DNA of 64,000 nucleotides from Phoronis australis (Eukaryota; Animalia; Phoronida). Both the position numbers and the translations under genes were made by a program. The stretch covers positions 1 to 64,000 of the forward strand of contig NMRA01000615.1 of the NCBI GenBank assembly GCA_002633005.1, read 5' to 3'. This document shows positions 40,420 through 53,575 of this stretch, one piece after another. The notes beneath the pieces are model-generated. The model saw only the letters and a program-made list of their open reading frames with translations, did not search any database and was not told where the DNA came from. The stretch's first letter is position 1; the number at the start of each line of letters is the position of its first letter.

Positions 40420-42090
40420 AGGAGCATGCCACCCAAAACAACCTATTTTGTATCAATTTTGATCGAGTAGTTCTACTCGACAACGGCACGTTCGGTTGCG
40501 TTACCTGACACCTGACGGCAGACAGAGGTGTTGAAATTATCCAATGACGTCATCGGTTTCAAACGCAGTCTGTTCAGCAGTTCACAACACGGGTTACTGG
40601 TGTCAGCTTATCGCTTGAAGTCATCGTTTTACACCAATAAATCATCAAACTTCGATGTAAAACCCTTAAAGATACGCCGAATTCTTATAAAACGTGTTGT
40701 TTTATTTCGCTCTTACTGATTTTTTGGTATTTAGACAGACCGTAGCCTACAAAGTTCGGCAGGCCAATAAGGTCCATAGCAGGAGTTTGGGGTCTGTTCG
40801 GAGATAATTTCAAACTATTTTCCGTGAATTAAAGACAGTAGAACCTAGATCTGGGTTTTTTAGACTTGTGATTTTTTGAGTTCTAAACACAAAACGCTTG
40901 TTATCCTGGCCAGTGTCTCGGAGCCCGATCAGGCCCGTCGCGGCCGGCCGGATTGACTCGTTATCCCGGCCAGTGGCTCGGAAACTGATCAGACATCAAG
41001 AACATAAAACAGCCAAAGTTCAGTGGAAACTAAACTTCCAGTCAAGAAAATACTATGCTAGTGAGCCAAAGTAATGTGCACGTGATTAGGTTGGTGAATT
41101 AGCCACGCAACTGCAAATCTACTTACAGTACTCGTCGGGGGCCGCGAATTCAGGTTCCACTTTGGGCACAGCACCGTCAGGGCAGAAGTTGTACATTGAC
41201 AATCCATATTTGAGTAATGTAAAGGTAAATAAAGATTCTCCTAACACCTGGTCGTGGGATGGAAATCGCGTTGTTTCACAACAGTTTCTGCCAGCAAACA
41301 CTAAATAAGCATGAGCTCACACGGCCTCGGTGTCCCGTCAATTAGTTTTATTGCTCCTAAAGCCGGTAACGCAGTGATTTATTCATTGCTGCCTTCTCAA
41401 ATCATTTGCACTCACGAACACTCCAAAGGCATTACAAATTACATCTAATGAGACAGACTTTGTTACAGTTTTATATAAGTATTGGTTAGGGTGAAAATAA
41501 TTCATTTTTAAACAGAACGCTCAGTAATAAACGCCAACATGGCAACTCGCGATCCCGACTTAGGACGAGCTAGAGGTCCCGACTTCGCAGGTGGATCGTT
41601 AAGTTTTACAGGCTATCAGTTCGAACAGGGATACAGTGATGAAGAAATACTAGAGAGGCGCCGTGAACAAGCTCAGACTACGGAACGTATGGAGTTATTT
41701 GGTAAGCCGGCATTCGTGAGGCACTGTCGACGTCCGCAGGCCACAGACACGGAGATATTTCACGGCCTCATACTTGCTATTTACAGCATACAATTCCTTC
41801 GTCACTACCATGAACCATTTCCTAAGCATTTCGGACTCTCGAGGAAGTAAAAAACGATATACCCGCTTTCCTCGCAGTTGCTTAGTTCGGACAAGCGGGA
41901 ACGATGCACCGCAACATAGCGGCATTCACTCTGCATATGAACCACTGACGTCGCTAGCGTCGTTTCTCACCTTCCTCACAGGTTAACACGACACCTCTTG
42001 GCAAGGTAAGGTCGACCGTATGCGAGGCGATGTGGATATAGACCGATTAAAACGGCAAAAAAGACTAATTAAATTGGGTGGCATTCTCCT
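40420..42090. mobile_element. Kolobok-like DNA transposon, degenerate/non-autonomous, with a KolX-like remnant
   Basis: TTAA|AGGAGCATGCCACCCAA...TTGGGTGGCATTCTCCT|TTAA gives a TTAA TSD and AG..CT termini. Broken + strand ORF pieces at 41539-41950 (GYQFEQGYSDEEILERRR; FTAYNSFV...RFPRSCLVR) resemble KolX / P2X7-ballast-like proteins. Confidence 0.75.
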
Positions 42091-42898
42091 TTAAGATGTC
42101 TATGATCCACCCGGTCCCCCTGCAGTTGCCCTAGACATGCACAATAACTAGAGAGTAGCTTCACGGCCCCAAAAACCGTGAACGTACAGTCTGTTGTTAC
42201 AACAACAACATCTATTAAATCCAGCAGATGCATTGTAGCAAAATACCGGTGATTTACTCGCAGATTCGTTCGTGTTCCACCGTTTTGTCTTGAAGTTGCG
42301 GACACTTGAAAATACAACCAAGGAAATTTGAGAGATCCTCACTTAGACATCTCACAGACCGAGAAACAGCAGCATCGAAAACCAAGGCCTCGAGAATGAA
42401 GACCTGCGGGCTGGAGTTAAACCATACAGTACAGGGGGAAGAAAATTTCGATAGGTCGTGTTAGGCATTTTCCAAAAGACCCTTTCACTACAAACTGTAT
42501 CAGAAGGATTCGGTCATATCAGAATCTAGTTTACATTTTAAAATTGCCAAATCCAAAAATCAATTTCATACAAGTAAACTTTTTAGGGAAAAAAAGCGTA
42601 AGAATTCCATAAAGACGACTCGCATGAACGGGCTCAAAGTGAGTTGCCAAAGGACGCTATGACGTCATAAAATTGTAGAGAACTGTGTTCCAGAAAAAGA
42701 TACGAAACTTTCGAGAGTTTCCTTGTCAGTAAAGTAGAACTAGACAGTGAAAATATTATGGGCAACTCAGCAGAAATTTCACTCGTTCATACGACTCTTA
42801 AACATTCTGCAAAAATTATAGGCTTCTATCAACAAAATTGAAATAGTGTAGAATAGATGTCAACCAAATATACCTGTTTTAAGTTTGTGTAGGACCTT

Positions 42899-43421
42899 AA
42901 CACCTTCTCATTTGAAATGAGCTTTTCTCAAATAAATGAGCTTCGAAAAAAGGACTTAAATTGAATACTTAATAAGGTATTGCCCAGACAATGCCACACT
43001 TGCATATTCATTAAACGGTCTACCCTATATATATATAGGGTATACCACTAGCGTCATTCGTTTGAGTGGTCTATCCTATATATATATATAGGATATACCA
43101 CTGATGTCATTCGCTTGAGTGGTCTATCCTATATATATATAGGATATACCACTGACGCCAATCGTTTTAGTGGTCTATCCTATATATATATAGGATAGAC
43201 CACTGACGCCAATCGTTTTAGTGGTCTATCCTATATATATATAGGATAGACCACTCAAGCGAATGACGCTAGTGGTATACCCTATATATATATAGGATAG
43301 ACCGATTAATGAATTTGCAAGTGTGGCATTGTCTGGGAAATACCTTATTAAGTATTCGATTTAAGTCCTTTTTTCGAAGCTCATTTATTTGAGAAAAGCT
43401 CATTTCAAATGAGAAGGTGTT
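42899..43421. mobile_element. Palindromic MITE with long TIRs, 4-bp TSD and an internal array of six hairpins
   Basis: CCTT|AACACCTTCTCATTTGAAATGAGC...GCTCATTTCAAATGAGAAGGTGTT|CCTT, with internal ~51-bp units at 43016-43304. Confidence 0.88.
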
Positions 43422-46400
43422 CCTTATAAAGTTGTTTAAATTTGGGACAATATATCTCAAAAAACCGTTGACTGGATTTCTATGAAACTTTCAGAAACTA
43501 CTGTATGCTTTTTCTTCATTCGTTCTTCTACAAAAGGATAGTAAGAAATATTCCCCCGCGCATGCGTGGGTATTGGCTTTCATTGATTAAAATCATTAAT
43601 GTTGTAGGCTGAATGTACAGAATATATATGTTAGCTTACTATATGTGTACAGGTGTACCTGTAGCCGACACTGTCAGTCCACGCACCACGAACAAACAAT
43701 ACTTATGCGGATGTGCCCGACACTGCCACATCGCCCATGTAGGTATCTTTGATGCTGTGTCCATCTAAAGGTGGACTCAGTTTCAAACATAGCCTTTAAT
43801 GGCACGCTTTAATTGACGCATGTGAATCCAATAATTGTTGTTTTTTTTGGAGTAATCCTACCTTTGTATAGGCTCCCTATTTTGGCTACATGAAACGCAA
43901 AAACTCACCATATGCCAAATGCGCAAATTGAATATCAGCTTTTCATTTTTATCACTGGATCCATTTTGTTGACATTTTGTTGCAGTGGAACCAACGTTTT
44001 ATCTTCATTGGAGATTCAGACATTTTAACAGAGTAATCAGTGTTAACGTATGTTCAAGAAGATTCAATTTAGGACATGCGAACGTGTTGCACTAAAGACT
44101 GAGAACTGTGTTGAAATCAAAACAGTATATAACGATAAGTCACGTTTTTTCCGAGGATGGGTGGGTGCAGGTCGTTACCGACTGGCGTTTATAGCTTTCG
44201 GTGCGACGATACATTAACGACTGGTTCGAGTTAATCACATTATAAATCTCCACCGTGCGTTCACAGGAGTACTCAAATAAAATGTCCGTCGTAATGCCTG
44301 TTCTATTCTTCAGCCAGTGCTACGAAACATTGACTTGCAACGAAAGTCAGAGACACTTACAGTTGTTCCTTTGGTTGTTTTTATAACCCGCTGTCTTTAT
44401 AGGTGGTTCTATTTTGACTAACGCTGAACTGCTGATTCTCTTCCCCGTGACTCAACTATAAAACAACGGATTTAAACCGGCTTGACATTTTTCTGCATTT
44501 AATAAAACACCATCCTCAGAAGAAAAAACAGTGGTCGTCTTTCTAGGCGTAACGACAAGTAATGAGACGTAGTCAGTTACAGGGGAGTAACAATAGAGTA
44601 GACTAACAATGACAATCTATGATGTGTAAGTGAAGAACTTAACTATAACTTTAACTGTAATTGAACATGGACTGACTTCAACATCAACTTCAAATCAGCT
44701 TTTTCAACGGACTCTAATTTTCATTGACTTTTGACTTTCACTCTCGGTACCCTGTATTGGGCATATAATCTCTCACAATGTCCTGGATCTTTTCACCATT
44801 TCAAGCACATCCTAGAACTTCCGGGAATCAGCTCAATCATTCTACAAACATATAGCGTCTATAATATATGGTCCTGTATATTAATCACTAACATACTGGA
44901 ATCTTCTAGAATGTTCCATTGTAAACGCATCACATTATCATGGGTCATGTTTATCAATTGCTATCTGCCAGTAAACAAATAGAACTGTAAAATAAAACCG
45001 ATTGAACTGAAACAAGTATCAATCCACTACTGACATGATAAAAAGCCCATTCTTAAACGTGTGGGAACTTAAAATATGACCTCACTTCACGTAGACTACA
45101 AATGCGGTCTACTTTGGCTAAGAAACAAACATTTCAACACACAATAAGTCATCCAAATCCAAAAACATAAAAATTTGAGAAATCGTGACGGATGGCGGTT
45201 TATAGACCGGAACGTAAAAAACGGACTAAATTGCATCATTCAAATCGGTTCTCTGCCAATGAAACAGAATTCAACCTTTTCATCAGGTATTCTTAAGGTT
45301 GTTCGTAAAAAATGAGTTTCTGTTGATGTCAAAACTTTTTTAATATCAAATTTCTCAAATTTCAAAAAAGACCTGTGAACTGCTCGTCACTTCGTCGAGA
45401 TAATTATCTCTCACAAGTCAAAGCATGCCTCTTCTTTTAGTACAGCAAGACATTAAACGTAGCACACTAGAAACTCTGTAGCGACTACAGAATTTCCTTC
45501 GCACGTATTTCAAAAATCGTGAATTTTGTGATTTTTTTCTGGAAATTACCTCACAGGGGAAAGTGAATAACTCTGTAGTAAGCGTTACGGGATGATACTT
45601 TCGTCAGGAGTTGAATTGTTTAAAGGATATTTTTGACAAGGTTTCGGGTTCCATTCAGAAATTGCGCTTGTAAACCACATAATTATAGAATGCGTGCCGC
45701 ACGTTCTTTGACCACGTAGCAGTATTTATAGTCAATAGAAAATCCTACTCGAGTCTCACGTTTATGACGTGGGCAAAAGGTCTTGAAAATTTCGTAAAAA
45801 TCCCAAGGCTTGCCGAGAGATTTTGTCGAAATTTCCCAAACGGTTTGCCCATGTCATCAATCTGAGGCGAGTGTAGGATTTGTTTTCTCACATGAACCGT
45901 AAAAACGATCTTTTTTACCGAAAAAGTCGACGTGTCTAAAACTTTCAACCACATGACGCAGCTTTTGTAAAAGCACGCTTGCGCAATAAAAAGTAATTCA
46001 GTTACTTCGTGTTAATATTTTTATTTTAAGCCTAACAATTGTAAATTGCATTCAGCTTTCGCAGCAAATATTCATGTGAAAGATCTTCGTAGATACATGT
46101 ATATCGTGAGAATTAGTTTTCATCTCTGATTAACGTGAACAAACCGTTTCTCAAATTGTGGGCACGTTAGTTCCGACTATTGACAAAATATCCATCAAGT
46201 TGATACATGTATACATGTAGGAACAAATTGCCAACAATTTCATAAAGTTGGATCTTATGATGAAAATCGGCTTTATAGCCTCTTTAACGGTGACGGTGAC
46301 GGTGACGAAAATGATGACGAAGCAAAAGGAATGTCTAAGGGGACAGAAATTGCGAATTTGGTGGTTATAAACGAAACACAAAGACATGGAAGTGACGTAA

Positions 46401-47323
46401 TACGAAGTTAAATGGATTGACATTGTTTGATACAGAAGACTAGAGTAAACTTGTTTATGCTTCGAAGATCACTGCAGAAATTGTCGCAGTTTGAGTGTGA
46501 TGACAGCTTGTGGAACACTGAAGCGGCAGGTTGAAAGCAATCATCACATTGCACGTGCAATTGCCAGTTTTAGGTCTTACGAATCACGCTCTCACAGACA
46601 AAGCTATCTCGACAACTAGGAAATGAATATTCCATTCAATTTATTCATTTCAGCAGCTATATTCCAAGTGTGCCATGAATTGTTATGCCATCTTGAAATG
46701 GGAGATACATGTACGATCTTTCGAAGGGAAGCAGATGCTTTTCTTTACATATTCGCACGCTTCATTTTCTTCGGGAAAAGTTTCACTATATTTAAAAGGT
46801 AAATTTCCGTAATTTTTGCGAACATGCGGTAAGTTTTTTCTGAAAAACTCAACAAAAATCGCATAAGACGAAAAATTCGGGAATGGAATTCGAAGCTTAT
46901 TTTTGCACATAGTTGTTCAACAATAATTTGCATACTGTGATGTTATATTTTGTACTGAGCCTATGAGAGACAGCGTTGGACTTTCCATTGATAAAGCCTT
47001 TGGCTACGATGCAAACCACGTGACTCGTGGTCGTTGACCACTAGCATACGTAGGAGTAACTTTAGTTTTAATTCAGTCTACTAAATACAATGGTTTCATA
47101 CATGCAGGTTTTCGGACAGAAGTGTGTCCAACTTCCGTGACTCAGAATCCTTTTGCATGTCTCGAAATGACTAACCATATTTTTTTCAATCTAGACGCTG
47201 AAATTTAATGTCACAATTCCGTGTTCACGCGAGGTATTTCCTCATCATACGTCGTATGTTGCATGCCAAAAATGAAATCACACATAAGTTGTCTCCTCAA
47301 ACTGCTGAGTATTTTTTTCAAAG

Positions 47324-47483
47324 CAACTACTCCATTGCCTAACGGTGCTCATTATGGGAACCAGTTTGTGCTTAGTTTCCCAAGGGGAGGACAGGATGTA
47401 AAATCCGACAACGGATTATTGGAACTACACATGGCAAGTAGAGATAAGGTCAGAGTTACTGTTCAAAAGAAGACTGGAAAAAT
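47324..47483 (+). CDS. IgGFc-binding-domain protein copy C, exon 2
   Basis: Acceptor ttttttcaaAG (phase 1), donor AT|GTGAGT (phase 2). Encodes TTPLPNGAHYGNQFVLSFPRGGQD...LLELHMASRDKVRVTVQKKT. Confidence 0.82.
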
Positions 47484-47669
47484 GTGAGTATTATTTTGTT
47501 TTCATTTTTCATAATGCTATTGATTAAAGTTTGTTAACAAGAGGTTGTAATTTTAAGGCCCAATTGTCATTTTATTTGTGGAACTTCGATATTGTTGTAC
47601 GGAATTAATAATATACTACCATCCCTAACGCTACTGCTACTGAAAATGCGGCGACTATTGTAACGAGCC

Positions 47670-49720
47670 AGCTAGCTGTATGAAGACTATCGTCAAAATT
47701 AGCGTCATTAAAAACTACATGAGTAAACTAACTTGGTATTGGAAAAATGGCGTTCTACCGTTATTCTGCTGCTAAATGTGTGGAGCGATCTTCTGCGTCG
47801 GCTTTCGGCGCCATGAACTATTGCGTCACGTATTGGCCAGTTTCTTTTTTCGCCGATTCTTCAATCAACTGCTTCTTTCGCGAGGTTGCGTACACGTCAC
47901 GTCAAATTTTTGGAACTGTTTTCACTTCATTATTTGTTTTTAGAATTTCGATACCGAAAAACCGAATTTCAGGACAAATTGTGCTGCTGCGAAGTTGTCG
48001 CAAAAATTTAGGAAATGGCGCGTACATTTGTCGCATTGTTAAAATTTCACTTAAACGGTTGTAACGGGCAAGGTGAGTGTCGGTTGACTCCCAGATTTTG
48101 CATGCCCCCCGTCCGGTCTTTAGCTCTACATTTTGATACAGGTTTCACCCCAAGTTAACGAGCAGAACTAGCCTGGCTGTTTGCAATTTCGGGGTCCATG
48201 GAAGATTAGCACACAGTGGTACCTAGTTGTATTTTGACGATAGTCTTCATCAGACAGTTAGCTGGCTGGCGTACAGCTTGGTACCACTGTGTGTTTTTCT
48301 TCCATAGACCCCAAAATTGCACAAACCCAGGGTAGTTCTGCTCGTCAACTCGCCGTGAAACCTGTAACAACACGCTAAGGACCGGACGGGGTGAATGCAA
48401 AATCTGGGAATCAAACGACACTCACCTTCTCCGTTACAGCCGTTTAAGTGAAAAACAATCTAATAAATGTCATTGTCTTACGTAGTCCTCCGCCTTTTCT
48501 AACAAAGAAAACTTATGTCGTCGTTTCGAAAACAATACGATCGTGACACGCGCACGCGCCATTTCCTAAGTTTTTACGACATCTCTCGGGAGATGATGAT
48601 AGCTTGGGAGCAGCAAAATTTCTTTTGAAATTCGGTTTGCTGGTATCAAAATTTTAAAAACTTATAATGAAATGAAACCAGTTCCGGTAATTTGTTGTGT
48701 ACGCAACCTTGTGAAAGAACAACAGTTGATTGAAGAATCGACGAAAAAAGAAACTGGCCGATAGGTGACGCAATATTTCATGGCGCCGAAACACGACCCA
48801 GAAGATCGCTCCACAAATTTAGCAGCAGAATAACGGTAGAACGTCAATTTTTCGAAAACCAGAAAATAATTTCATTTATTCAAATAAGTGTGTACTTTTT
48901 ATGACACTATTTTTTGTGGTTAGATTTTTACCAACAACGGCTCAAAGCTGTATATTTAGTATACAGCTTTGTACCAAGGCTACGTCAAATTACTGCTAAG
49001 TGCTACTTTACGTTTAGTGCCGACAGACCTCGAAATTGCGCACAGCCTGCAGTTAATGCTGCTCGTCACCTTGCAGTGAAACTTGTATCAACATGTAAAG
49101 CTAAAGACCGGCGAAAGTCAACCGAAACTCACGTTGTTCGCTAAAACCGTTTAAGTGAAAAACAATAAGCGTCATTTTGCGTGATTTTTCGCCTTTTCCA
49201 AAGCATGTCTTCGTTTTCAAAACAGTACGCTCGTGTCACACCCAACCGCCATTTTCTAAATTATTGCGACATCTCTCGGGAGGTGATGACAGCTTCGCGG
49301 CAGCAAAATGTATTCTGAAATCCTGTTTGCTGGTATCAAAATACTAAAGCCTTGTAACGAAAAGAAACCAGCGTACCGATTATTTGTTGTGACATCTACA
49401 CCAACCTCTTGAAAGGAGAACAGTTGATTGAATAATCGGCGAAAAACGAAAATGGTCAAAAGGTGACGCTATATTTCAAGGCGCCTCAAGCCGATGCATG
49501 AAGTCGCTCCGCAACTTTAGCAGCAGAATAACGGAAGAATGCTTACACGTATTTTTTCAACACCGGCAAATAATTTAGTTTACTCAAGATGAAATGCAGA
49601 CTTTAATGACACTAATTTAGGGTCAGATTTTATTTTGGCATTTTTTACCCACGTCAGAGCAAAGCTGTATATTTAATATGCAGTATGTTATTTTGACGAT
49701 TGTCTTCATACAGCTAAAGA
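47670..49720. repeat. Foldback structure: inverted arms ~47740-48205 and ~48297-48860, plus a third reverse partial copy at ~49140-49720
   Basis: For example, ttctaccgttattctgctgctaaat (47752) pairs with atttagcagcagaataacggtagaa (48818) and tttagcagcagaataacggaagaa (49516). ggggtccatggaaga pairs with tcttccatagacccc near the centre. Confidence 0.8.
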
Positions 49721-50489
49721 AAATACATAGCTAGCTAGCTATCCACAGTAGTACCTACATGTACATGTAGATGTAGTTTGACCATAGTCTCCATGCAGCT
49801 AGCTGGCTGGCCACGGGCTTGTGCGAATTTTAAGCCTAGATGTATTTTGACATTAGTCTTTATTCAGCTAGTTATCTTAATGTCTATTGTACATGTACAT
49901 GTGACATTTTGTTAGCTGGCTGACTAATCGTTCCCCAGGTGTATTTCTAAGTTACTCTTCATACATGTACAGTTAGCTGGTTAATTATGCACAGGAACTG
50001 AAACCATCTGGTTGGCTAATCGTTCCCCACGTGTATTTTGACATTACCCTTCATACATGTACATGTACATGTACAGCTAGCTGGTTGGCTACTACTGCCG
50101 GGAACTTGATATCAGCCTCAAACTGACAATCACATCACTCGTTGCAACCAACCGTGGAAAATATTCCAATGAATATCATTTTCGTACGTCATTCCTCGGA
50201 TTATGTTACCCGTGGTTGACTTCAAAACAATACGACCTTTACACGCGCACGTGACGTTTACTAAACGTTGCATCTCTCGGGAGATGATGGCAGCTGCGCC
50301 GCGTTGTTATTGTTGAACAATCCACCTGACCTCATGCAACAATCAAACTTATGCCCGGAAATAATTTTTATCCAACCCAGCCTAGGAGTAATAGACCTAA
50401 TAACCTTTATGAGGGCGAAAATGCAGCCGAAAATCAGTGATATATTGTAGTGTGTTACGTTTAATTGCCTGGTGTCGTCATGAACATAG

Positions 50490-50645
50490 CGTACCGGATG
50501 AAGAAGTCGTCGTCCAACCCGACGTAGAAACAGTTCATCCAGTCACACTCCAGTTAGGCGAGCAGAAGTTGTACACTATTTATGTTGAAGCGATTGTCGT
50601 GAAGGCGGAGGCCGACAAGAAAATCGCGCTCTATGTCATGAATAC
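50490..50645 (+). CDS. Copy C exon 3
   Basis: 156 nt, phase 2/2. Encodes VPDEEVVVQPDVETVHPVTLQLGEQKLYTIYVEAIVVKAEADKKIALYVMNT. Confidence 0.85.
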
Positions 50646-51976
50646 GTACGTACGTAATCTTATCAGAATTATTTATTTGTAAAACAGTAAAATACAGTGA
50701 CCGCATAGATCATAGGCAACAGATTCACAACTTGGGGATCTTCTTATGAAAATTCCAGAGGCTGCACCCCTCTCTTCCATGTCGTATCTCAGCTTCCGGT
50801 TTGTGAGCAGACGACGTACCTACCGGAAGTAAATGGGCTATCACACTAGGGTAGAGTTCAATAACGGGAGGACCTATGCAAGGACTTCGCTAAAATCTAA
50901 CCGAAATCACGTGTTCTCATTTAAAATATACGACAATATCCCACGTAACCTCTCGAAGTCTTGCTCTTTAGCGAGGTCCTAGCATTTGGCCTACTGAACT
51001 CTACCCAGGCGCCCCTAGTAAATAACGATCGACGTCATGGTCAATAGAGAAATTTCAAAACGACGTGATGCTCGTAGAAGGATTGACCTCCAGCTGATCA
51101 AATATTCTCCACGACTTCATTCATGGCCAGGTGGTCGAGACTTTTAGAATTAACTTACACCTCCAGTAGACCCAGGGTCCTCCATCGCGATTCTTTTTTA
51201 TCGATTCATTTCTGATGGGAAGTGATGAAAGCTAAGATTACTGTGGACGTTGGCGTAGTATAGCCGAGCCCAACAATGTTCGCCACTTTTTGTTTCAAGA
51301 CACTGATGACTCAGCCAAACCAATTACGCTTGTCCGCTACCTAGATTAGCCTCATTATCACCTCGTCAATGGAGAGTTTCAAGAATAACATTTTGAGATC
51401 ACTCAGTTCTCTGAATTAAAGGTTAAGAAGTATCCAATCGAATTGTCTTCGCATTCATAAAAACATCTACAAAACTATAGATTTTAAGTCTGTGAAAGTG
51501 TATTTATTCTGAAAATAGTACGCTTGTATCGAGTGGTTTTTGAAACATTTTGACTCTTCCATTATTTGGGACACGTGACCGTGTCTTTCACGAAAAATTT
51601 AACATAAAGGAAAGTCTATTCAAAGCAGAATAATGGTATCACCATCATTAATACCAAATTTTGTTTTACAAAAATACAGGTGAACTCTCAAAACGCAGTC
51701 ATATTTTTTCTAAATTACCATTCTCTTTTCGTTTTATAAAACTACAGTTCTTTTATGAAAATTAGTCCTATTTTGAAAGCCACCTCATGGAAAAGTGGAA
51801 AATTTTAAAATTAAGTTTCAAAAGCTGTGCCTAAAGCATAGATTGTGAAAATTTCGTAAGAATCAATTAAATCAATTCCTAGATATGATGTCCCAAATTT
51901 GGATATTTTTGTAGAGTCCTACATAACCTAAACAGTGGGTATTCGCACGAGGTTTCAGTCGCTATGTGATTTACAG

Positions 51977-52262
51977 GCCCGAAAACGGGGGCTCGGAAGG
52001 ATTTCTTGTGCTGTCTACAGAAGCCCTGGGCACTCACTACTCTTTTGGCTTCTGGTCAATTCCACTTGGCGAAACAAATCATCGGTTGACATCACGCGCC
52101 ACGATTACGTCAGCGCATGGGAACAAGGACCAGACCAACACAATCATCATAGTAACGCCATCTGTTGAGACGGAGGATTGGATTAACCCGCCTGCTCCGA
52201 CACCACAATTTCAAGAAGTCTACCCGGGTGATCGGATTTTCGTTGACTTACCGCCTTATGGG
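51977..52262 (+). CDS. Copy C exon 4
   Basis: Acceptor tttacAG, donor GGG|GTAAGC. Encodes PENGGSEGFLVLSTEALGTHYSFGFW...VDLPPYG. Confidence 0.88.
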
Positions 52263-53018
52263 GTAAGCACATGTATATGTCTTTCGGGTCGTAATGAATG
52301 ATGACGGATTTCCGTCGCAACGGTTCGATTTCAGTCTTTCTGCCGATTGCCTTTCAAACGAAAACTAAAAGGTTTGTCTTCGGATGAATCTAAAAGTAGT
52401 CTTAATGCGTAACAATTTTCTGATAGTTTGCGCAGTTTGTTAAGTACCTGTATCTCCAAAAATGTACACTTGAACTCGATATGAGTGTCCTACAAACTTT
52501 TTGAAATTGGAACGCGTGTAGAATATTGAAATCACAATAACATGAAAGCAAATAATAACTTTATTTGTAAAACTAACTTTGGTTTGGTTTTTGGGACCAA
52601 GGTACAAACACTGGGAAGTTATACTGAGGCATCAAACTTCCAGCAAACAATTTTAGTTGACGAACTTGGAGTCGCAGAATTAACCTACATGTACGTAAGC
52701 GTAATCTTATACAGTTCAAGGCAAAATTAATCAGATACGAAATACTATTTCCCCATCATGACGGATATTTCTGTTAACAGCAAATTTACTGATAATAACT
52801 ATTAGGGTGATAAAATTTTAATTTTCGAATAGCTTCGCAACCTTGCTAACGTTCCCGTTTTAAAATGAAATTACCCTTCATTCTCGGTCATGAGAGAAGA
52901 CTGCTCTGAAGATGAAGTCGGATTCCGCGCAGCCGTCATGACAGGAATTTCGGGTACTTCTGTTTAAATGGCTTGTGCTGTACATGCTTTAAAGTGTGCA
53001 ACTTCATTTGTTTCTCAG

Positions 53019-53575
53019 GTTTATCACATTTCACAACACGCGTTCAAGGAGTCATATACAGTTTATTCAACGCTGCCAATAGCCGTCATGCTGTCTAACC
53101 CGTGGTGGACCATGGACGACTCCTCCTCCAGATACGGACACATGGTTGAGATGATACCCCCTTATGGACAATTCGGCCATAGAGCACACGTCCATGAATT
53201 CCTCTGGTTCGCTGTCGCGCCGGAATCCGGCGGCCGCTTGGAGGTGGCCGGCAGAACTACAAAGGACGAATTCACGAACTCAGTCTTGAAATCGTCCAAT
53301 ATGGATTTCAAAACGGTTGTTACATCGATTGACAAGAGCGCGAAACCGAAACCTGTGATGTTTCTAGCTACTAGTGTTAACAAGGCAACTGGGATGAGTC
53401 CGGTACTACTGTATGTTCCCCCTGTCGAACAGTACATGAATTACTATTTATTCGTCATCCCAACTTCGCCAACCAGTCTGCGAAAACGTGACGGGACTAC
53501 TCTACCGTACAAAAACCGTGTGATTGTGTTCGGTGAAGACATGGATTGGAAAGGGCTTCGCTTTAACGAACAGCC
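53019..53575 (+). CDS. Copy C exon 5
   Basis: Acceptor tttctcAG, donor CC|GTACGT. Encodes VYHISQH...GHMVEMIPP...LLYVPPVEQYMNYYLF. Confidence 0.88.

Noticed and set aside
41695-41925. Minus-strand ORF MPLCCGA...LPRESEMLRKW resembling a THAP start
   Set aside because: It is antisense to the better-supported KolX-like remnant and lacks the remaining THAP Cys/His ligands.
43016-43304. CRISPR-like repeat-spacer array
   Set aside because: The linkers are only 15 nt and homologous to each other. The array lies inside a TIR element in animal DNA, with no cas genes.
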